Part shown: positions 16,790 through 23,980 of the stretch, in pieces | Layout of the letters: the number at the start of each line of letters is the position of its first letter | Numbering within the stretch: position 1 is the stretch's first letter | Source: a virus | Virus record (IMG/VR): IMGVR_UViG_3300045988_006734 | Strand: one strand, 5' to 3' | Length of the DNA: 45,515 bases | Notes under the pieces: model-generated | Databases searched by the model: none | Told to the model about the DNA's origin: nothing | The model's input: the letters and a program-made list of their open reading frames with translations, nothing else | Translations under genes and position numbers: made by a program

Positions 16790-16840
16790 CACAACAGGAC
16801 AAGAAACAATCTTGTTCAGATTATTAAGGAGGACAGACCT

Positions 16841-17410
16841 ATGATGGTTAAGAGAAGTGAAATGGTGGAAACCACCAACTACAACGTAGAGGACATTATC
16901 TCCTTCGAGCTGGCTGACGGTGAGAAGGTAGAAGCAATGGCTATGAAACAGGAAGCAGACGGTATGATCTTCATGCTGGTGGACTGCTTGAAGGACGAGG
17001 AGTGCATGAACGAGGAAGACTCCAACCGTGGCGGCTGGGACGCAAGCGATTTGCGTGTGAAGCTGAATGGTGAAATTCTCGAACGCTTCCCGGCTGAAAT
17101 CCGTGAGCAGATGGTCGCATTCGCCAACGGCGATATGCTGAGACTGCCTACCGAGAAGGAAATCTTCGGTGTCAATGAGTACGGCGAGACTGAGGACGAA
17201 TCCGTTGAGCAGTTCGCTCCTATGAAGCTCCGCAGAAACCGTATCGCATTTCAAGGTCACAACGGTAATTGGGAATGGTACTGGCTGGCAAACAAGCATA
17301 AGCGTTCCGCTTCCATTTTCGCCGGTGTCGCCGACACCGGTATTGCGGCCTGCGGCAACGCTTCCCTTGCTCGCGGTGTCCGCCCCGCTTTCAAAATCAA
17401 GAATCTGTAA
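16841..17410 (+). CDS. DGR target protein 2: 189-aa DUF6273-like (C-type-lectin/FGE-fold) protein with VR2 at its C-terminus; no signal peptide or TM helix
   Basis: WDASDLRVKLNGEILERFP..LRLPTEKEIFG..WYWLANK..GVRPAFKI; SD AAGGAGG 7 nt upstream of ATG 16841. Confidence 0.85.
   Translation: MMVKRSEMVETTNYNVEDIISFELADGEKVEAMAMKQEADGMIFMLVDCLKDEECMNEEDSNRGGWDASDLRVKLNGEILERFPAEIREQMVAFANGDMLRLPTEKEIFGVNEYGETEDESVEQFAPMKLRRNRIAFQGHNGNWEWYWLANKHKRSASIFAGVADTGIAACGNASLARGVRPAFKIKNL
17305..17392 (+). repeat. DGR variable repeat VR2
   Basis: 88/88 positions align with the TR; 18 differences, all at TR adenines. Confidence 0.9.
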
Positions 17411-17412
17411 TC

Positions 17413-17433
17413 TGCGCCCCCTTGTGGGGCGCA
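17413..17433 (+). promoter_or_regulatory. GC hairpin downstream of VR2 (TGCGCCCC cttgt GGGGCGCA)
   Basis: 8-bp stem and 5-nt loop. The 25-nt block 17409-17433 is identical to 44884-44908, downstream of VR1. Confidence 0.85.
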
Positions 17434-17461
17434 CTCAACCCACACGAAGGAGGATATAATC

Positions 17462-17983
17462 GTGGCTTACTATATGAATAACAACAGAGACATTGAGTGC
17501 TACAGAGGTGACATTTTCTATATCGCCAACAGCGGTCATGTGGTCGGCTCTGAGCAGAGATCGGGAAGACCCGGTATCATCGTCTCGAATGATTTGGCGA
17601 ACAAGCACTCACCCAACGTGTCAGTCGTATATCTGACTTCACAGGAGAAGAAACCTCTGCCGACTCACGTTGATGTGATCTGCAAAGTCCCTTCTACTGC
17701 TCTGTGCGAGAACATTCAGACCGTATCGAAGGAACGTCTCGGTGACTTCGTGAAGTCCTGTACTACCTCCGAAATGGAAAGAGTCGATAAGGCTATCTGT
17801 CATGCCCTCGGTCTCACCGTTCCGGCGGAAGAACCTACTATCACAGAGGAAGATTTGAAAGCTCTCAAGGAAGCACCTGTTCAGCTCATGCCTGTCGAAC
17901 CTACGGCGGCTGAGATTGAGCGTAACCTGTACAAGAACCTGTACGAGCAGTTGCTTGACCGACTGACAGGTAAGTCCGCATGA
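17462..17983 (+). CDS. MazF/PemK-family endoribonuclease toxin with a ~55-aa C-terminal extension (GTG start)
   Basis: RGDIFYI..VVGSEQRSGRPGIIVSND..NKHSPNVSVVYLTS..LPTHVDV..ALCENIQTVSKERL closely parallels the Bacillus EndoA/MazF pattern. Confidence 0.85.
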   Translation: MAYYMNNNRDIECYRGDIFYIANSGHVVGSEQRSGRPGIIVSNDLANKHSPNVSVVYLTSQEKKPLPTHVDVICKVPSTALCENIQTVSKERLGDFVKSCTTSEMERVDKAICHALGLTVPAEEPTITEEDLKALKEAPVQLMPVEPTAAEIERNLYKNLYEQLLDRLTGKSA

Positions 17984-18153
17984 GAGATTCAGTAAAATGT
18001 AGTTCGTGTCGGAAGCGGTGTCTCTGCCGCTCCTGTCCGAACAATCAGACGTGCAAGATCGCCCTCCGGCGATATTGTAAGGCAGTCTGTTATTGCAGTA
18101 TCAATAGAAAACTCAAGGAGAACGAGAATGAACACAGACGTAATGTTCAGTAG
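17980..18153 (+). CDS. 57-aa basic, cysteine-rich (10 Cys) mini-protein, translationally coupled (ATGA) to the MazF-like gene
   Basis: MRDSVKCSSCRKRCLCRSCPNNQTCKIALRRYCKAVCYCSINRKLKENENEHRRNVQ read by hand; below the ORF-track cutoff. Confidence 0.4.
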   Translation: MRDSVKCSSCRKRCLCRSCPNNQTCKIALRRYCKAVCYCSINRKLKENENEHRRNVQ

Positions 18154-18598
18154 CAAAACGGACGATTGGGCTACTCCACAGGACTTCTTCGATGAACTGA
18201 ACCGGGAGTTCGGTTTCACCCTTGACCCTTGTGCAGATCATGTCAATCACAAGTGCGCTACTTATTATACAAAAGAACAAGACGGTCTCGTTCATGATTG
18301 GGGGGGGGAACGAGTATTTTGTAACCCTCCCTATGGGAAAGAGATTGGCAAGTGGGTTCAGAAATCTCTTGAGGAGAGTCGCAAGCCCAATACCCTTGTC
18401 GTAATGCTCATTCCGGCGAGAACCGATACAAGATACTTCCACGACTTCATTTACGGAAAAGCGGAAATCAGATTCATTCGAGGACGATTGAAGTTCGGCA
18501 ACTCGAAAACCGCCGCTCCCTTCCCCTCTATGGTCGTAATATTCAAAAACAAGGAGGAAAAATCCAATGAAGGTAACACTCATACAGGCAACCCCTAA
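18128..18598 (+). CDS. Phage Dam-type N6-adenine DNA methyltransferase (contains a G9 tract at 18300-18308)
   Basis: DDWATPQDFFDELNREFGFTLDPCA and NPPYG motifs. Confidence 0.85.
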   Translation: MNTDVMFSSKTDDWATPQDFFDELNREFGFTLDPCADHVNHKCATYYTKEQDGLVHDWGGERVFCNPPYGKEIGKWVQKSLEESRKPNTLVVMLIPARTDTRYFHDFIYGKAEIRFIRGRLKFGNSKTAAPFPSMVVIFKNKEEKSNEGNTHTGNP

Positions 18599-19181
18599 CC
18601 CCATTGAGACTATCGCTCAGATCGCAAGTATCTGTTACGACAGTGACCCCAAGAATCCTCTCGGACTGGTGAAGCACCTGTACCGCAACGGACACCACAG
18701 TGTCTTCGAGCATATCTACTTCACGTTCAAGATCGAGGGTATCTCTCGTGCTTGCTCTCACCAGCTTGTGAGACATAGACACTGTAGCTTCACTCAGCGC
18801 AGTCAGCGTTATTGCTCCGAGGACGGTTTCGGTGTTGTTGAACCCGGTACGATTTGCAAGGTCGATGAAAAGGGCGGCTTTGGTAATCTGATCGAGGAAA
18901 TCAGCAGACATTATGAGGAGCTACAGGCAATCGGTATTCCCAACGAGGACGCACGATACGTTCTGCCGAATGCGTGTGAAACCTCTCTCTACCTCTCCTG
19001 TAATCTGAGAGAACTCATTCACATGAGCAACGAGCGTTTGTGCCGTAAGGCTCAGTGGGAAATCCGAGAGCTGGTACAGCAGATGGTCTACTGCGTGAAC
19101 GCTGACCTGTGGTTCATGCTCGTACCTAAGTGCAAGAGCGGCAGAATCATTTGTAATTCCCCTTGCGGTAAGGAGGATTAA
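18567..19181 (+). CDS. thyX: FAD-dependent thymidylate synthase ThyX
   Basis: HHSVFEH and the ThyX signature RHRHCSFTQRSQRY. Confidence 0.9.
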   Translation: MKVTLIQATPNPIETIAQIASICYDSDPKNPLGLVKHLYRNGHHSVFEHIYFTFKIEGISRACSHQLVRHRHCSFTQRSQRYCSEDGFGVVEPGTICKVDEKGGFGNLIEEISRHYEELQAIGIPNEDARYVLPNACETSLYLSCNLRELIHMSNERLCRKAQWEIRELVQQMVYCVNADLWFMLVPKCKSGRIICNSPCGKED

Positions 19182-19184
19182 GTC

Positions 19185-19508
19185 GTGAAGGTCAACATTC
19201 TCGGTGTTCCCTACACCATTCAATATAAGTCCCCGGCGGAGGACAAATTCTTGCGAGAGTGTGACGGTTACTGTGACAAAAGCTCTCATAAGATCGTAGT
19301 CAATACCGAGAATGGAGACCTCGAAGATTTCCCTCGGTATCAGAAACAGTGTTTGCGGCATGAGATTATCCATGCGTTTATGTTCGAGTCCGGCTTGGGC
19401 GCAAATTGGGAACATAAACCCATCGGACATGAGGAGACAACTATCGACTGGATAGCCGCTCAGTTCCCGAAGCTCCTCGAAGTATTTGAGAAAGTAGGTG
19501 CTTTGTGA
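19185..19508 (+). CDS. HExxH-motif metallopeptidase-like protein (GTG start)
   Basis: LRHEIIHAFMFESG; SD AAGGAGG. Confidence 0.45.
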   Translation: MKVNILGVPYTIQYKSPAEDKFLRECDGYCDKSSHKIVVNTENGDLEDFPRYQKQCLRHEIIHAFMFESGLGANWEHKPIGHEETTIDWIAAQFPKLLEVFEKVGAL

Positions 19509-19684
19509 TGAACGAAATTATCTGCCCTCTCCTCACTACCAACACGGTAGTTGAGGAAGACGGAACAGTCAAAATAGGTACTCAGCCTGTGTACTGCATT
19601 GAATGTCAGTGTGCATGGTGGGTCGAAGATAAACAGAAATGTGCGGTAGCGGCGATTGGAGGTGAGCGTCATGGTAAGCGATAG
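19508..19684 (+). CDS. 58-aa Cys-containing mini-protein
   Basis: MNEIICPLL..VYCIECQCAWWVEDKQKC; TGATG overlap with the previous gene. Confidence 0.35.
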   Translation: MNEIICPLLTTNTVVEEDGTVKIGTQPVYCIECQCAWWVEDKQKCAVAAIGGERHGKR

Positions 19685-21158
19685 AGAATTGTTCGAGCTT
19701 CGTAATGGTCGAGTAATCATGGACGAAGACCTCTCCGAGAAAATGTACATCATCAAGGAGTACCACCCGGAGAGAGCGGACGAGACCAGCTCTGGCTTTG
19801 AATGGTCGGAAATGGGTATGGCTAACCTGTTCGGTATGCTCTACAACAGAGAGGTTCGCTACTGTACCGAGCATAAGAGCTGGTACACCTACCATGAAGG
19901 TGCGTGGCGCAAGGACGAGGGTGCAATCCTCGTGTCCGAGAAGATCAAGGACTTTGTTCGTCTCATGATTCTCTACTGCGGTGAGATTGTAGACGATGAT
20001 CTCCGCAAGAGCTACACTGCATTCGTCAATAAGATGGGTGACAGACGTATGCGAGACCGAATCCTCAAGGACGCTACAGGTGAGCTTCGTATCTCCGCTG
20101 TGGAGTTTGACGCTAACCCCTACCTCATTAACTGTCTGAATGGTACATACTCTCTCGAAGACTTCTCCTTCCGGGAAGCTCGCTGGGACGATTTTCTCAC
20201 CATGCAGACCAACTTCCGACACACTATTCGCAGAGACATTAAGTGTAAGCGTTGGGAGAAGTTCATTGACGAGGTTACACAGGGAGACAAGGACAAGGCG
20301 GATTTCCTTCAACGTGCGCTCGGCTACTCCATGCTCGGCATGAGCAACGAGGAGTGTATGTTCATTCTCCACGGCAAGACTACCCGAAACGGTAAGTCCA
20401 CTCTGCTCAACACCATCGAATTTATGCTCGGTGACTATGCGAAGGTTGCCCCGGTAGGTATGATCTGCCGTGGTGACAGGCAGAAGGACGCAGAAGCCGC
20501 TTCTCCTACTCTCGCCGGACTCAAGGGCAAACGCTTTGTCACCATGTCCGAGTCGAACGAGTATGGCAAGCTGGACGAGGAGAAAATCAAACAGCTCACA
20601 GGTGGCGAGGAAATCTCGGCTCGTGCGCTGTACCAGTCAGCGATTACCTACAAGCCGCAGTTCACCCTTTGGCTCTCCTGTAATGACCTTCCGATGGTTA
20701 CAGACAAGTCCCTGTTTGCTTCCCAGCGTATCAAAGTGATCGAGTTCAACCGCCACTTCAAGCCGGAAGAACAGGACACTCACCTCAAGGACGAGCTGAC
20801 TTCTACGGAAGCAATGAGCGGCATTTTCATGTGGCTGGTTCGTGGCTACATTAAGTATAAGGAAAACGGACTCAAGATGGCGGACTCTCTGACTGAGGTA
20901 GTCACAAAGTATGAGCGTGACAACGACCTCGTGTTGCAGTTCCTTGAGAACCGCTGTGTCCGCAATGAGGACGTGAACATCAAGGCGAAAGACCTTTACA
21001 ATGCTTTCAAGCTGTGGGCGAAATCCGAAGGAGCTTACGTCCTCTCTGCTCGAAAGTTCAACTCCGAAATGGAACGACACCCGGAATGGTTCGACAGAAA
21101 ATCGACTTCCAGCGGTTTCATGATCTATTGGGGACTCAAGCTCAAGGAGGTGGTGTAA
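19671..21158 (+). CDS. D5-N / P4-family primase-helicase (SF3 NTPase)
   Basis: ANPYLINCLNGTYSL, Walker A HGKTTRNGKST and FVTMSESNE patterns typical of phage/plasmid primase P4 C-terminal domains. Confidence 0.8.
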   Translation: MVSDRELFELRNGRVIMDEDLSEKMYIIKEYHPERADETSSGFEWSEMGMANLFGMLYNREVRYCTEHKSWYTYHEGAWRKDEGAILVSEKIKDFVRLMILYCGEIVDDDLRKSYTAFVNKMGDRRMRDRILKDATGELRISAVEFDANPYLINCLNGTYSLEDFSFREARWDDFLTMQTNFRHTIRRDIKCKRWEKFIDEVTQGDKDKADFLQRALGYSMLGMSNEECMFILHGKTTRNGKSTLLNTIEFMLGDYAKVAPVGMICRGDRQKDAEAASPTLAGLKGKRFVTMSESNEYGKLDEEKIKQLTGGEEISARALYQSAITYKPQFTLWLSCNDLPMVTDKSLFASQRIKVIEFNRHFKPEEQDTHLKDELTSTEAMSGIFMWLVRGYIKYKENGLKMADSLTEVVTKYERDNDLVLQFLENRCVRNEDVNIKAKDLYNAFKLWAKSEGAYVLSARKFNSEMERHPEWFDRKSTSSGFMIYWGLKLKEVV

Positions 21159-21355
21159 TGTCTACCTACAAAGAGCAACCTGTGACATTTCATCACGTCA
21201 CTGAGTACGGTAACGATACTGGCTACTTCGAGAATAAATGGTTCGAGGTGCGAATCGATGAGACCGTAATTGGTCGAGGAGATACACTCGAAGACGCTAT
21301 TCACTTCTGCGAGTCTGCGGACACCATCGACAAAGACATTGTGGAGGATTGTTGA
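21158..21355 (+). CDS. Hypothetical protein
   Basis: TAATG overlap with the previous stop. Confidence 0.5.
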   Translation: MSTYKEQPVTFHHVTEYGNDTGYFENKWFEVRIDETVIGRGDTLEDAIHFCESADTIDKDIVEDC

Positions 21356-21356
21356 A

Positions 21357-21551
21357 ATGGCTCGTAATCGTTACCCCGGCTACTGCTATTGTTGCGGTGC
21401 ATACGTTCCAGCCGGGTTCGGACACTTCGAGCGCAGATGGGGTCAGCCGGGTAACAAATGGCAGATCAAATGCGTGAAGTGTGCGTCCGGCAGAACGGTA
21501 AAAGAAACGGACAAAGAAGTCCAGCGAGTAAGGAGGAAAAACAATGAGTGA
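21357..21551 (+). CDS. Hypothetical Cys-rich (zinc-ribbon-like) protein
   Basis: CYCCGAYV ... CVKCASG. Confidence 0.45.
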   Translation: MARNRYPGYCYCCGAYVPAGFGHFERRWGQPGNKWQIKCVKCASGRTVKETDKEVQRVRRKNNE

Positions 21552-22737
21552 TCTTAAAATCTTCACTGAAAATATCGAACCCGAAGCTCTGAATCAGATT
21601 TACACTCTCGTGAAGCAACCAGCGTTCGCAGACTGCAAAGTGCGTATCATGCCGGACGTTCATGCTGGTGCTGGCTGTGTGATCGGATTCACCGCAGACC
21701 TCGGAGACAAGGTTATCCCGAACATCGTGGGTGTGGATATTGGCTGTGGTATGCTGACCGTGGAGCTTGGCAATATCGAAATCGACTTCGCCGCTCTCGA
21801 CTCTGCTATCCGCAAGCGCATTCCGAGTGGACGCAACGTGCATGAGGGACGCTGTGTCTGCTTCGATGAACTCCAACAGCTTCGTTGCTTCCGGGAACTC
21901 AAGGACACCAAACGACTTGAGCGCAGTATCGGTACTCTCGGCGGCGGTAATCATTTCATCGAAATCGACACCGACTCCGAAGGTACGAAATATCTGATTA
22001 TCCACACTGGTAGCCGCAACCTCGGTAAACAGGTGGCGGAACATTATCAGCACCTTGCTATCGAGATCATGCAAGGTAAGGACGAACTCTACGCTATGCA
22101 AGAAAAACTGATTGCCGACTATAAAGCACAGGGACGCAAGGCGGAGATTCAGAAAGCCATTGCAGAGCTTCACCGCAAGTTCCACCCTAACCCTCTCGGC
22201 ATTCCGAAGGAGCTTTGCTACCTCACCGGGAAATACCGTGAAGACTACCTTCATGACATGGAGATCTGTCAGCGTTTCGCAGTCCTCAACCGAAATGCTA
22301 TCGCTTCCGCCCTCATTGATGAAATGGGCTGGCACTCTCTTGGTGCATTCGAGACGATTCACAACTACATTGAGTTTGGCTCGAACATGGTACGCAAGGG
22401 TGCTATCTCTGCAAAAGCCGGAGAAAAGCTCCTCATTCCTATTAACATGAGAGACGGTTGCATTATCGGTGTCGGCAAGGGCAACGAGGACTGGAACTGC
22501 TCTGCTCCTCATGGTGCTGGACGTATCATGAGCAGAAGCAAGGCGAAGGAGCTGGTCTCTCTTGAGGAGTTCGAGGACTCTATGAAGGGTATCTTCACTA
22601 CCTCCGTCAATCAGTCTACGATTGATGAAAGCCCGATGGTTTATAAGCCGATGGCTGAGATCGTGGAGAATATCGCAGATACCGTTGACATTCTGAAAAT
22701 CATCAAGCCTGTGTACAACTACAAGGCGAGTGAGTAA
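21544..22737 (+). CDS. rtcB: RtcB-family RNA 3'-phosphate ligase
   Basis: MPDVHAGAGCVIG, VGVDIGCGM, GTLGGGNHFIE, HTGSRNLG, SAPHGAGR motifs. Confidence 0.9.
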   Translation: MSDLKIFTENIEPEALNQIYTLVKQPAFADCKVRIMPDVHAGAGCVIGFTADLGDKVIPNIVGVDIGCGMLTVELGNIEIDFAALDSAIRKRIPSGRNVHEGRCVCFDELQQLRCFRELKDTKRLERSIGTLGGGNHFIEIDTDSEGTKYLIIHTGSRNLGKQVAEHYQHLAIEIMQGKDELYAMQEKLIADYKAQGRKAEIQKAIAELHRKFHPNPLGIPKELCYLTGKYREDYLHDMEICQRFAVLNRNAIASALIDEMGWHSLGAFETIHNYIEFGSNMVRKGAISAKAGEKLLIPINMRDGCIIGVGKGNEDWNCSAPHGAGRIMSRSKAKELVSLEEFEDSMKGIFTTSVNQSTIDESPMVYKPMAEIVENIADTVDILKIIKPVYNYKASE

Positions 22738-22749
22738 GGCGGTGCAACT

Positions 22750-22899
22750 ATGGCGGAGATTTTAGGTCTGATCGCAGACGTGAACCCGAATGAAATTGCG
22801 GCGCACATTGCTGACGGTACTCTCGCTGACTGGTGCGAGCTGTGGAGACAGCAAGCAACGGTGGCGGCAGAAAACCTCAGATTATCCGAAAAGGATTGA
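22750..22899 (+). CDS. Possible 49-aa hypothetical protein
   Basis: Same-strand ORF MAEILGLIADVNPNE..; weak SD. Confidence 0.3.
   Translation: MAEILGLIADVNPNEIAAHIADGTLADWCELWRQQATVAAENLRLSEKD
22884..22896. promoter_or_regulatory. ATCC-N5-GGAT palindromic operator-like site (ATCCGAAAAGGAT)
   Basis: Same motif as the three sites at 24092, 24135 and 24178. Confidence 0.35.
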
Positions 22900-22974
22900 A
22901 AAATAATCAAAAACGACATTTGCGAAATAACACGAATCGGATTGAAAAACAATCTTTTCACCTTTTTGGGTATG

Positions 22975-23082
22975 AAGTAGTAAAAGTAGTTGTTTTTTAG
23001 TTTTTGCGTATAAGTTCTCTTATAAGGGGTCTATATAGTAAAAGTTACCGTAAAAATTGATTTTCAACTACTTTGACTACCG
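22975..23082. repeat. Palindromic element A: 17-bp site AAGTAGTAAAAGTAGTT (22975-22991), 74-bp spacer, inverted imperfect copy (23066-23082)
   Basis: Same architecture and length as element B at 26792-26899. It aligns better to the reverse complement of B, including a 22/22 match of 22973-22994 with 26880-26901. Confidence 0.8.
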
Positions 23083-23176
23083 CAAGAAGAATAAGAACAA
23101 AGAGGACTCTCGACTATGAAAGAGGACTCTCCGTGGTTGTGGAGGACAGACTACGACTATAGGAGGTAAAGGAAAA

Positions 23177-23785
23177 ATGGCAAACAAGAAGCCTACTGGT
23201 ACGGAAGACGTACAGGTGATTAAGAAGAAACCTCGTGGCGGCAACTCTCCTGTCATTGGTATGAATGGGTATGACCTTGAACCGGGAGACAACACGAAGT
23301 TTCTGTCATTGAACATTGAGCTATTCAATATGCCGAGTATTGATATGCACGATGAAGAAGCTGTTGCAAAGAGGTTGGAGGAGTATTTTGCATTGTACGC
23401 AAAGCATGATATGAAACCGACTGTTGCTGGAATGGCTATGGCACTCAACGGTATGAACAGAAAAACTTTATGGGGTATTACACATGACGCTCCTATCGGT
23501 GGACGTGGTAACTACTCCACGTTGCCGCAGAACGTGACCCGCATTATAAAAAAGGCATACTTTTTGCTTGAAAATTTGTGGGAAAGCTACGCTACCAGCG
23601 GCAAAATTAATCCGGTCACAGCGATCTTCCTTGCGAAGAACAACTTTGGCTACCAAGACAAGACCGAGTACGTTCTGACACCGAACACCCAGCAAGACAA
23701 CAACTATGACGCTGACGATATTCGCTCTCGCTATCTGATCGACTCTGCCGACTCCGGCTCAGACTCCGACTCTGACGGTGAGTAA
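23177..23785 (+). CDS. terS: Terminase small subunit
   Basis: HTH KPTVAGMAMALNGMNRKTLWG and NPVTAIFLAKNNFGYQDKTE, typical of Firmicutes-phage TerS; acidic Ser/Asp tail. Confidence 0.75.
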   Translation: MANKKPTGTEDVQVIKKKPRGGNSPVIGMNGYDLEPGDNTKFLSLNIELFNMPSIDMHDEEAVAKRLEEYFALYAKHDMKPTVAGMAMALNGMNRKTLWGITHDAPIGGRGNYSTLPQNVTRIIKKAYFLLENLWESYATSGKINPVTAIFLAKNNFGYQDKTEYVLTPNTQQDNNYDADDIRSRYLIDSADSGSDSDSDGE

Positions 23786-23824
23786 CGACTATCGACTCTC
23801 AAACGACTATCGACTATCGACTAT
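23786..23824 (+). repeat. Heptamer array CGACTAT/CGACTCT (5 copies)
   Basis: cgactat cgactct caaa cgactat cgactat cgactat, immediately after the terS stop. Related CGACTATGAAA and AAGAGGACTCTC repeats lie upstream at 23098-23130. Confidence 0.7.
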
Positions 23825-23832
23825 GAAATCGA

Positions 23833-23886
23833 AAACCGCCCTCACGCTCCGGGTCTTCCCGGCGGTGTGATGGGCGGTCTTTTTGT
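23833..23886 (+). terminator. Rho-independent terminator after terS
   Basis: ACCGCCC..(inner CCGGG/CCCGG hairpin)..GGGCGGT followed by CTTTTTGTG. Confidence 0.65.
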
Positions 23887-23980
23887 GCGGATTTTTGGAC
23901 GATTTTTGCTGATCTGACCCCGGTGGTATTAACAATTTAGCGTGCTAAAGCGCCCGAGGGTGTCCGGGCGGCTGGCGCAC

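Noticed and set aside
22719-22961. 80-aa minus-strand ORF in the rtcB-terS intergenic region
   Set aside because: It has no SD and runs opposite to all neighbouring genes. It overlaps operator-like repeats, and a short same-strand ORF (22750-22899) explains part of the region better.
23958-23972. GGTGTCCGGGCGG resembling the GC-rich 3' end of the TR/VRs (GGTGTCCGCCCCG), considered as a third VR
   Set aside because: Only 8 nt match. There is no upstream homology to the TR, no ORF and no downstream hairpin block.
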